From positions 160,660-224,659 of the forward strand of contig CAYRGD010000001.1 in assembly GCA_964423885.1 (NCBI GenBank): a DNA stretch of 64,000 nucleotides, in the 5' to 3' direction. The stretch comes from an uncultured Candidatus Saccharibacteria bacterium. Lineage in GTDB: Bacteria; Patescibacteriota; UBA1384; JACPKC01. Position 1 is the stretch's first letter. Every line of letters starts with the position of its first letter. Under the pieces are notes generated by a model. The model was not told where the DNA came from and did not search any database. It saw only the letters and a list, made by a program, of their open reading frames with translations. Position numbers and translations under genes: made by a program. Positions 20,315 to 28,094 of the stretch are shown piece after piece.

Positions 20315-22231
20315 ATGAAACACATCACGCTCGTACAACGGATCAGCACCCTGGGTCTCGCAGTCGTCTTGGCGTTCGGCCAAGTCGTCCTGCCGGTCGT
20401 TGCCAGGGCAGATGACGCAGTATTGGCGCCTCGAGGCCCTCAAGGCGTTGTCGGCCCGCAGGGTCCTACCGGACCACAAACGCCGACCGGCCCGAAAGGT
20501 CAGACCGGCGTCCAGCCGATTACTCAACCGACGGATCCTGCCCTTGTCCCGTCGTCCGGTACGCAACCGGCCGTAGCGGCCGACACGCTCGCGCCGTCCG
20601 GCGATACCGCCATGTCGAACGAGACGACCGGAAGCAACTCTGCCAACAGCAATGCCCAGCAGACGACGAACACAGCGGATATCACCAATACGAACGATGC
20701 TTCGGTCGGGAACGATATCAACCTCAATGCGACGAGCGGCGCGAACACGATCAGCCAGAACACGCTCGGCGGCAATATCGCCACCGGCGACCTGCAAGGC
20801 TCGATCAACCTGCTCAATGTCACGAACTCGGTCTTCGCCCCTGGTAGCAGTGTGGGTGTCCAGTCACTCGCGGGCGGAGCGAACGACCTGTATCTCTTGG
20901 CGTCGGACGGCCGCACCTTGTTGCCGACCAACGACACCACCGGCGCGAATTCAGCGAACACCAATACTATCGACGGCACGAACGTGGTTCATTTCATTAC
21001 CGCGAACACGTCAGACGTCGACAACGATGTCACGATCGTGGCGGATACGGGAAACAACGTCGTCACGGAAAACTCATCGCTCGGCGATTTCATGACCGGC
21101 AGCATCGATATGGCGCTCAACCTCATCAATCTCATTAACCTGCAGCTGCCCAACTTGCTCGTGAACTTGGATATCTGGTCGATCTTCGGCGACGTGACCG
21201 GCAACCTCATCTTGCCGACGAACAGCACGACCGGATCGAATTCGCTGAACCAAAACGCGGTCAATCAGACCAATACCGCGGCTGTCGACCTGACGCAGAC
21301 TGCTGATGTGGCCAACGGCTTCAACGTCAAGACGAATACCGGCGGCAACACGATCGACCAGAATACGGTGGTCGGCAACGTGACGACCGGCGACGTCGAT
21401 GTGAAAGGCGGTGTCACAACCGTTGCGAATGCCGGCCAGCCAGTGCTGTACCTCATCAATGTGTTGGGAAAGTGGATCGGCCAGGCGTTCCTGCCGGGTG
21501 TCGGCGTGATCGTGAACGAGCTCGGCAACAGCGATACCGGCGCGAACTCCGAAAACACGAATACGGTCGACCAGACCAACGAGCTGACGGCTAGCGTGGA
21601 TCAGACCGCGACAGTCAATAACTCGATCAACCTCGACCTCAATACCGGAAACAATACCGTCGCCCGGAACTCGAAGGTCGGCGACATTTCTACCGGCGCG
21701 ATCAACGTGATGGCGAACGTCGTCAACTTCGTCAATTCTTTCGGCGGCGATCTGTCGCAATTCTCGCTGGGTATCGTGAACGTGTTCGGCAACTGGTTCG
21801 GGAATGCGGCGACTGCCGGATCGACGGCCAGCGCACTCGGGGAAACCGGCGCAGCTGCAACTGCGGATCAGGCACCGGGGCAGACGGCTGCCAGCGCGCA
21901 ATCGGACGCGGGCCAGACCGAAACCCAAGCAGTCGCTGCGTACGCCTCGGACGCGAGTGCGTCAGGCCAGGCTGTTTCGACTACCGTTGCCGCGACAACC
22001 GCTCCTGCAGCGACTACTGCTGCGGTGGATACGCAGCAGATCGCCTCTGCCCAGGTACTTGGCGCATCGAACACGCTTGCCGACGTACTGCCGCAGGTGG
22101 CGGGTTCGTCCGACCGCAAGGCAAGCGGCAGCGCGTTACCGTGGCTGGTTGCAGGCGCGGTGCTGCTCGCTGGCTGGGTCTTCGTCGAAGTCATGGCCGC
22201 CCGAACCTTGAAGCGCCAAGCAGGACGATAG
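20315..22231 (+). CDS. Secreted Asn/Thr-rich repeat protein 3 (short collagen-like GXY stretch, 4 units of ~100 aa, Ala/Thr linker, C-terminal TM anchor)
   Basis: Signal peptide; GPQGVVGPQGPTGPQTPTGPKGQTG; units start NETTGSNSANSN / NDTTGANSANTN / NSTTGSNSLNQN / NSDTGANSENTN. C-terminus LPQVAGSSDRKASGSALPWLVAGAVLLAGWVFVEVMAARTLKRQAGR. Confidence 0.75.
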   Translation: MKHITLVQRISTLGLAVVLAFGQVVLPVVARADDAVLAPRGPQGVVGPQGPTGPQTPTGPKGQTGVQPITQPTDPALVPSSGTQPAVAADTLAPSGDTAMSNETTGSNSANSNAQQTTNTADITNTNDASVGNDINLNATSGANTISQNTLGGNIATGDLQGSINLLNVTNSVFAPGSSVGVQSLAGGANDLYLLASDGRTLLPTNDTTGANSANTNTIDGTNVVHFITANTSDVDNDVTIVADTGNNVVTENSSLGDFMTGSIDMALNLINLINLQLPNLLVNLDIWSIFGDVTGNLILPTNSTTGSNSLNQNAVNQTNTAAVDLTQTADVANGFNVKTNTGGNTIDQNTVVGNVTTGDVDVKGGVTTVANAGQPVLYLINVLGKWIGQAFLPGVGVIVNELGNSDTGANSENTNTVDQTNELTASVDQTATVNNSINLDLNTGNNTVARNSKVGDISTGAINVMANVVNFVNSFGGDLSQFSLGIVNVFGNWFGNAATAGSTASALGETGAAATADQAPGQTAASAQSDAGQTETQAVAAYASDASASGQAVSTTVAATTAPAATTAAVDTQQIASAQVLGASNTLADVLPQVAGSSDRKASGSALPWLVAGAVLLAGWVFVEVMAARTLKRQAGR

Positions 22232-22237
22232 CGATTG

Positions 22238-22816
22238 ATGCTCAAACGGTTGCTGCTTGGTTCACTCATTACGCTCGGCTTGATACTTGCATGGCACGGC
22301 CCGCTTCTGGCGGGCCTCCTGCGTCCTCGCCTGTACGACGCCGGACTTGTCCGCTCGACTGATGCCGAGATCGGACCCGACGAACTGCGGTACGACCGGC
22401 TTGGGATCCGTGCCCCCGTTTCGGTCGACGCGGATACGAGTCCGCTGGTCGAATCCGATTGGTCGAAGATCACGCAATCGCTCATGGAAGGTGTAAGCCT
22501 GTCGTACGAGGGCGACACGTTCACCGATGCCCGGCTCGCGTTCGTGACGGGACATTCGAGCGACGCGACGCGACATGCGTTCGACAGCGTCTTTGCCGGC
22601 CTCGGCCAAGCGGCGCCAGGCGACACGTTCACGCTTGCGGTCGACGGCGAGCGGTTCGACTACCGGGTCGTGGATCGCCGGACCATTGCGCCAGCCGATG
22701 CCGACGCGTTCCGGCTCCTTGCCCCGAGCGACGATTCGGACCGTGTCGCCCTGGTAACCTGTTGGCCTCCGCTTACCACGAAGACCCGTATGGTTGTCAT
22801 CGGCGTACGGCTCTGA
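22238..22816 (+). CDS. Sortase with N-terminal membrane anchor
   Basis: Starts 7 nt after repeat protein 3. His in FVTGHSSDAT, Cys in ALVTCWPP, Arg in RMVVIGVRL. Confidence 0.75.
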   Translation: MLKRLLLGSLITLGLILAWHGPLLAGLLRPRLYDAGLVRSTDAEIGPDELRYDRLGIRAPVSVDADTSPLVESDWSKITQSLMEGVSLSYEGDTFTDARLAFVTGHSSDATRHAFDSVFAGLGQAAPGDTFTLAVDGERFDYRVVDRRTIAPADADAFRLLAPSDDSDRVALVTCWPPLTTKTRMVVIGVRL

Positions 22817-22851
22817 TAGAGATACGGTATCCGAACCAAGGAGGTCTGTGC

Positions 22852-24009
22852 ATGAACCTGCCCGTCCGCCTGCTCATAGTGGCAGTACTCTTCTCGGCCG
22901 TTGTATCCCCTGCTTCGACCAGCGCCCGCGACACGTCCACCCGGCGTTCGATCGTCGTACTCAAATCGAAGGCAGCCCACGACCGCGTGAAGAAGGCGGT
23001 GGCCTTGTCATCCGAGATCGAGGAGATCGCCGACCTGTCGGGCCAGCAGGCACTGGTCACCGAACTCTCCGACGCATCGAAACGGGATCTTGCTCGCAAC
23101 CCCGATGTGCTACGGATCGACGAGGATATCGAACTGTCGGCGGACAGCATCCGGACCGCACCGCAGACGGTGCCGTGGGGCATCGACCGGATCCATGCGC
23201 CGGCCGCGTGGAGTGCCGACACGGGAACGGGTATCGACGTGGCGGTGATCGACACCGGTGTCGACCTCGACCATCCCGACCTGCTGCCGAACATCGGCTC
23301 GGGTATCAATATCGTGAAGCCGAAACGCGCTCCCGACGACGACAACGGCCATGGTACGCATGTGGCCGGGATTATCGGTGCTGCCAGTAATGCGGTCGGG
23401 GTGGTCGGCGTCGCGCCGACTGTCCGGATCCACCCGGTCAAGGTGCTCAAGAGCAACGGAACAGGCTATCTGTCGGATATCATCGCGGGCATTGATTGGG
23501 CGATTGCCAACGGTATGGATGTGATCAATCTGAGTCTTGGTGCCGCGCAGGATATCCCGTCGCTCCATGACGCCGTGCAGCGCGCCGACCGTGCCGGTAT
23601 CGTCGTCGTGGCTGCGGCCGGTAATTCCGGCGGCCCAGTGATGTATCCGGCAGCGTATCCCGAGGTGATCGCGGTCGGTATGATCGGCCAGGACGGCAGT
23701 GTTGACCGGATGTCCTCGCGCGGACCCCAGCTCGACCTGGTTGCTCCCGGGGCAGCGGTCTACTCCACCTATCGTGGCAAGACCTACCGCACCATGACCG
23801 GCACCTCGATGGCCTCGCCTCATGTGGTAGGCGTGGCCGCCCTCCTATTGGCTCGACCGGCTGCCTGCGATACCGACGGCGACGGGCGCTGCTCACGCGA
23901 CGAAGTGGCCCGCCGCCTGGAACGGACCGCGACCGATCTCGGTTCCGCAGGCCGGGATGATGCGTCGGGCTTCGGCCTGGTGAACGCGCAGGCCGCCCTC
24001 GGCTTCTAG
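22852..24009 (+). CDS. Secreted subtilisin-like serine protease (peptidase S8)
   Basis: AGGAGG RBS, signal peptide, catalytic triad motifs VAVIDTGVD, HGTHVAGII, GTSMASPHVVG. Confidence 0.85.
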   Translation: MNLPVRLLIVAVLFSAVVSPASTSARDTSTRRSIVVLKSKAAHDRVKKAVALSSEIEEIADLSGQQALVTELSDASKRDLARNPDVLRIDEDIELSADSIRTAPQTVPWGIDRIHAPAAWSADTGTGIDVAVIDTGVDLDHPDLLPNIGSGINIVKPKRAPDDDNGHGTHVAGIIGAASNAVGVVGVAPTVRIHPVKVLKSNGTGYLSDIIAGIDWAIANGMDVINLSLGAAQDIPSLHDAVQRADRAGIVVVAAAGNSGGPVMYPAAYPEVIAVGMIGQDGSVDRMSSRGPQLDLVAPGAAVYSTYRGKTYRTMTGTSMASPHVVGVAALLLARPAACDTDGDGRCSRDEVARRLERTATDLGSAGRDDASGFGLVNAQAALGF

Positions 24010-24082
24010 TGATAGCCCGCCGGACCGGCGCCACGCCTCTCCCTTGTGGCGCACCGCTGTAAGCGGCTACACTATACCCGAT

Positions 24083-24169
24083 GCCGCGGTGGCGGAACTG
24101 GCAGACGCAACGGACTCAAAATCCGTCGACCGCAAGGTCATGTGGGTTCGACTCCCACCCGCGGCACCA
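24083..24169 (+). tRNA. tRNA-Leu (anticodon CAA), class II with long variable arm
   Basis: Acceptor stem GCCGCGG/CCGCGGC, anticodon stem ACGGA/UCCGU with loop CUCAAAA, 15-nt variable arm, T-arm GUGGG-UUCGACU-CCCAC, encoded CCA. 87 nt. Confidence 0.85.
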
Positions 24170-24172
24170 CTA

Positions 24173-24541
24173 CTACTGGCGCAGGATCTTCTCCATGGGC
24201 CTGCCCTTCGCCAGTTCGTCGATCAACTTATCCATATAGCGTACCTCACGCATCAGATCGTCCGTGATCTCTTCGAGCCGGACGCCGCAGATCACCCCGG
24301 TGATCTGCGTTCGTGCAGGGTTCATCGTGGGCGCTTCGGCAAAGAATGTCTCCAAATCAACCTCTCGCGCAATCTGCTTGTCGAGTCCTGCCTTTGTGTA
24401 GCCGGTCAGCCAGGCAATAACCTCGTCGACTTCTGCTTTTGTCCGCCCCTTCCGTTCGGCTTTGGTGATATAGAGCGGATAGACGCTTGAAAAACGTATC
24501 GCATAGACCCGCCGGTTTTTCGCATCGTCGCCTTGTTTCAT
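24173..24541 (-). CDS. Conserved hypothetical protein (DUF2200-like)
   Basis: 122 aa; [38 protein letters not shown] resembles DUF2200 as I recall it. Confidence 0.45.
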   Translation of the reverse strand: MKQGDDAKNRRVYAIRFSSVYPLYITKAERKGRTKAEVDEVIAWLTGYTKAGLDKQIAREVDLETFFAEAPTMNPARTQITGVICGVRLEEITDDLMREVRYMDKLIDELAKGRPMEKILRQ

Positions 24542-25149
24542 GGGAATGGTGCCGCTCCTTGGCGGATGATCACGGGCGGTGTACAGGTAAGGTCGACTAT
24601 GGTCGAAGGCGGTATGTCCGGCAAGGTGCCGGCGTCAAGGACAAGGTCGGGCAGATTGCTAGACTCCTGTACTCCAAGGAATTCTTCTCGGATCGCTTCG
24701 TATGAATAGAGCGCCGGTTCGCCAGTCAGATTGGCGCTGGTGCTGATGAACGGGGCGCCGAACGCCACCGCCAACTGCCGGGTCACCTCGTGGTCGGGAA
24801 CACGGATCCCGACAGTGTTCGAACCGAGCAACTGCAGATCGGCGGCCAGGAGCACGAACGTGAACGGCCCTGGAAGAGAGCGCTCCAGCGCTGCGCGTTG
24901 GCTGTCGGTCAGGATCGCGACCCGCTCGATGCCCGCTATACCATTCACGATCACGGAATATTTTTTGCGTTCGTCACGGCGCTTCATTGCAGCGATACGC
25001 GCGACCGCCCGCGTGTTGTGCGGATCCGCGCCGATGCCGTAGCAGGTGTCCGTTGGGTAGACGATCACCCCGCCCTTACGAAGAACGTCGGATGCCGCCG
25101 CAATGGCTGCCGGGTCAGGATGCGCGGGATTGATCGGCACTACAGTCAT
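24538..25149 (-). CDS. tsaC: L-threonylcarbamoyladenylate synthase (YrdC/TsaC family)
   Basis: YrdC fold motifs [17 protein letters not shown] and [10 protein letters not shown]. 203 aa. Confidence 0.8.
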   Translation of the reverse strand: MTVVPINPAHPDPAAIAAASDVLRKGGVIVYPTDTCYGIGADPHNTRAVARIAAMKRRDERKKYSVIVNGIAGIERVAILTDSQRAALERSLPGPFTFVLLAADLQLLGSNTVGIRVPDHEVTRQLAVAFGAPFISTSANLTGEPALYSYEAIREEFLGVQESSNLPDLVLDAGTLPDIPPSTIVDLTCTPPVIIRQGAAPFP

Positions 25150-25193
25150 TTACTGGTAGCGTACCAAGGAGTCTGGTACCATACCAGCCACAC

Positions 25194-25269
25194 GGGCCCA
25201 TAGCTCAGTTGGTAGAGCGCGGCATTCGCATTGCCGAGGTCAGGAGTTCGAATCTCCTTGGGTCCACCA
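25194..25269 (+). tRNA. tRNA-Ala (anticodon CGC)
   Basis: Acceptor GGGCCCA with G3:U70 Ala identity pair, D-arm GCUC-AGUUGGUA-GAGC, anticodon loop UUCGCAU, T-arm AGGAG-UUCGAAU-CUCCU, encoded CCA. Confidence 0.85.
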
Positions 25270-25286
25270 AACACCACCAAACCCCC

Positions 25287-25667
25287 ATGGCAACGAACAA
25301 TCCAGATTTTCATACGGCCCTACAATCGCTGCTCGATGCAATATCGAACCGTGATTTTGAACGGTACAAGGCGCACATTACGAAAAACCACACGCTGTAT
25401 ACGATTGTCCAAAACGGACAGGCGTTTACGACGTCGCAGGAATTACTTGCTATGCACGAGGCATGGTTCAAGGATCCGCACTGGATATGGGAGGGCTCTG
25501 TTATTCGCACCGATGTGGGTCAGGATATGGCAATGGCCATCATCAAGTACGAGTACCGAGCGAAAAAGGAAGACGCACCGTCGAGCACGTGGCTGACCTA
25601 TGTGTTCCGGCTCGAAGATGGGGAGTGGCGTCTCATACATGACCACAATACCGCGCTGAATGCGTAG
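25287..25667 (+). CDS. NTF2-like / SnoaL-like small protein (DUF4440-like)
   Basis: Start trimmed to the ATG after the tRNA. Motifs FERYKAHITKNHTLYTI and WLTYVFRLEDGEWRLIHDH. Visibly lower GC than its flanks. Confidence 0.5.
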   Translation: MATNNPDFHTALQSLLDAISNRDFERYKAHITKNHTLYTIVQNGQAFTTSQELLAMHEAWFKDPHWIWEGSVIRTDVGQDMAMAIIKYEYRAKKEDAPSSTWLTYVFRLEDGEWRLIHDHNTALNA

Positions 25668-25693
25668 ACGGTTATGCGTACATCTGCCACTAA

Positions 25694-25716
25694 GCCCCTG
25701 AACGGGTCTTTTTTTC
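25694..25716 (+). terminator. Weak candidate intrinsic terminator after the NTF2-like gene
   Basis: Short GCCCC-TGAAC-GGGTC hairpin followed by TTTTTTT, an unusual T-run in this GC background. Confidence 0.3.
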
Positions 25717-25743
25717 TGCCCGATTGTCCGCTATAGCAGGAAC

Positions 25744-26838
25744 ATGGATCAAGCAGCTTCCCTTGAACGGACGAGTGAACTGTTAGGCGTGGATACGCAG
25801 AACATGCTCCAAACCGTCCACGACGTTCCAGACCAGATCGTATCCGGTTGGAGCTCGATGGCGCAGGTGACGTTGCCGACGCACTACGTGCAGGCGACGG
25901 GCGTCTACATTCTTGGCCGGGGGGCGAGTGCGCTGGCCGGAGCGTATGTTAAGCGCCTTGGGGCAGAAGCCAGTAGCGTGCCGATCGACCATGGCGGCTC
26001 CGCGACACTTCCGGCGTATGTGAACGGCCGCACCTTGGTGGTCGCCGTAAGTTACAGCGGCCAGACGCCGGAGATCGTCCGCGGCTTCGCTGAAGCGGCC
26101 GAACGGGGTTGCAAACTGTTCGCCATCACGACCGGGGGCGAGCTGGGCGCGCTCTGCCGCAAGCATCGGGCGCCTTGGTACCAGATCCAGTACGGCGCGC
26201 TTCCCCGCGCGGCGTTCGGGTATCTGTTCGCTCCCCTGCTCGAGGCGCTCACGCGGCTGGGATTCCTCGATAAAAAGGCGCTCAAGTTCGAGCAGTCCGC
26301 CGCGGCGCTCTACGACTACGCGGCCCGGCTCGACCCGGCGCTGCCGGTCAACCAGAACCCGGCCAAGACGCTAGCCACGAAGCTCAGTGGACGGCAGCTA
26401 TTCCTCGTCGCGAGCGACCGCTGCCAACCCGTGGCCGACCGTTGGGTGGCGCAGCTTGCCCAGAACGCCAAGTACCTGGCGTGGAGCGAACCGATCCAAA
26501 CCGTCCAGCATGCCACGGTCGAACGGTTCGGCGCGTTCGGCGGACCACAGTCCGGCATTTATACCGTCAACTTCCGCAGCAATCACGACACCCAGGCGGA
26601 TGCCCTGGCCTTGAACGGCATCGAACAGCTCCTGTCGCTCGCGAAACTGCCCGGCGAGGAGTTATTGCTCGACGGCGACGGGACGCTCTTGCAGGAACTG
26701 CTTATCTATACGCTGCTCGGCGATTACGTGAGCGTCTACCTTGCGCTGCTTGCGCGTACGGATCCATCGCCCACGCCGCAGCTCGACGAGCTTACGGAAC
26801 GCTTGGGCGGCGGCCGTATCTACGACCGGCGGCGTTGA
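25744..26838 (+). CDS. SIS-domain sugar-phosphate isomerase, probably bifunctional phosphoglucose/phosphomannose isomerase (archaeal-type PGI/PMI family)
   Basis: Two SIS-like halves (ILGRGASALAGAY; KLFAITTGGELG), ~360 aa, located immediately upstream of eno-gpmI. Confidence 0.5.
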   Translation: MDQAASLERTSELLGVDTQNMLQTVHDVPDQIVSGWSSMAQVTLPTHYVQATGVYILGRGASALAGAYVKRLGAEASSVPIDHGGSATLPAYVNGRTLVVAVSYSGQTPEIVRGFAEAAERGCKLFAITTGGELGALCRKHRAPWYQIQYGALPRAAFGYLFAPLLEALTRLGFLDKKALKFEQSAAALYDYAARLDPALPVNQNPAKTLATKLSGRQLFLVASDRCQPVADRWVAQLAQNAKYLAWSEPIQTVQHATVERFGAFGGPQSGIYTVNFRSNHDTQADALALNGIEQLLSLAKLPGEELLLDGDGTLLQELLIYTLLGDYVSVYLALLARTDPSPTPQLDELTERLGGGRIYDRRR

Positions 26839-26884
26839 CAGTCAGGGGCTGGTTCCGGACAATACGGCAAAGATCGGAGGGACT

Positions 26885-28090
26885 ATGGCATCGATTCGGA
26901 CACTTCAAGCCCGAAGTATCCTTGATTCCCGGGGTAACCAGACGCTCGAAGTCGACCTGACGCTGGACGACGGCACGGTCGGCCGTGCATCGGTCCCGGC
27001 CGGCGCATCAACCGGCATCCACGAAGCCGTCAGGATCGACGACATGGCCCGGGCGGTTACGAATGCGCAGGCGCTCGGCGAGCGGTTGGCAGGCCAGGAT
27101 CCGGCCCAGCAGGAACGGATCGACCTGGCGCTGCTCGAAGCCGACGGCACCGACGACAAGAGTAAGCTTGGCGGCAACGTGCTGCTCGCGGTATCGATCG
27201 CCTCGTGCGTCGCCGCGGCCGCATCGCTGAAGCGGCCGCTCTACGAGCACATCGCGGCCGTCGCCGACCAAAAGACTCCGCCAGGACTGCCCACGCCGAT
27301 GTTCAATATCATCAACGGCGGCAAGCATTCCGACAACAAGCTTGAGATCCAAGAATTCATGGTCGTGCCGGCCAACGACCGCCGGCCGTTCCGCGACAAG
27401 CTTACGATCGGCCGTGAGCTGTACCAGGCGCTCAAGGCGATGCTCCAGGATATGGGCCAGACGACAGCGGTCGGCGACGAGGGCGGGTTTGCGCCCCGGT
27501 TGACGTCGAACATCGAGGCGGTCGAGTTGCTCGTCCGTGTCATCGAAAACTCGCCGTACAAGCCGCGGACCGACGTCTCGATCGGGATCGACGTGGCAGC
27601 CAGTTCGATTCCCGACCTGGCGGCGGTCACCTACCCGCTCGACCCGATCTCGTTCTACGAGAAACTCGTCAACGACTATCCGGTTTCGATCATCGAGGAT
27701 CCGCTGACTGAAGACGACTGGCAGGGCTGGGCGGCGCTCAACGCGCGGATCGGCAGCCGCGTGGTACTCGTCGGCGACGACCTGTATACGACGAACCCGA
27801 AGCGGCTCAAAGAGGGTATCGACAAGCGGGCGACGAACGCGGTGCTTATCAAGCCCGACCAGATTGGCACGCTGACCGAAACGTTCCAGACGATGCGGCT
27901 GGCCCACGAGGCGGGCTTCACCCGTGTCGTATCCCACCGTTCGGGCGAGACGGAATCGAGCTTCCTGGCCGACCTGGCCGTCGGTACCGGCGCCGAGTTC
28001 TTGAAAGACGGCGCCCCGGCCCGCGGCGAACGTGTCGCGAAGTACAACCAATTATTGCGGATCGCCGAGCAGCTCGAACGGGAGGGGTGA
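26885..28090 (+). CDS. eno: Enolase
   Basis: GGAGG RBS; motifs SRGNQTLEVDL, SGETED-like SGETESSF, KPDQIGTLTE. Confidence 0.9.
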   Translation: MASIRTLQARSILDSRGNQTLEVDLTLDDGTVGRASVPAGASTGIHEAVRIDDMARAVTNAQALGERLAGQDPAQQERIDLALLEADGTDDKSKLGGNVLLAVSIASCVAAAASLKRPLYEHIAAVADQKTPPGLPTPMFNIINGGKHSDNKLEIQEFMVVPANDRRPFRDKLTIGRELYQALKAMLQDMGQTTAVGDEGGFAPRLTSNIEAVELLVRVIENSPYKPRTDVSIGIDVAASSIPDLAAVTYPLDPISFYEKLVNDYPVSIIEDPLTEDDWQGWAALNARIGSRVVLVGDDLYTTNPKRLKEGIDKRATNAVLIKPDQIGTLTETFQTMRLAHEAGFTRVVSHRSGETESSFLADLAVGTGAEFLKDGAPARGERVAKYNQLLRIAEQLEREG

Positions 28091-28094
28091 CAGT

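Noticed and set aside
18400-21800. Periodic DNA repeats checked as a possible CRISPR array
   Set aside because: The periodicity comes from protein-coding repeat units of ~135 and ~270-300 nt with divergent sequence, no short conserved direct repeats with unique spacers, and no cas genes anywhere in the window.
24028-24052. Hairpin GCGCCAC-N11-GTGGCGC, plus a second small CCGC-TGTAA-GCGG, between the subtilisin gene and tRNA-Leu
   Set aside because: Plausible transcript-end structures, but no U-tract and an 11-nt loop. Kept as a note, not a terminator feature.
16226-24169. Calling the surface-protein block an integrative mobile element
   Set aside because: It is tRNA-adjacent and compositionally distinct, but there is no integrase, transposase, or att-like direct repeat of the tRNA 3' end. 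Reported as an accessory island only.
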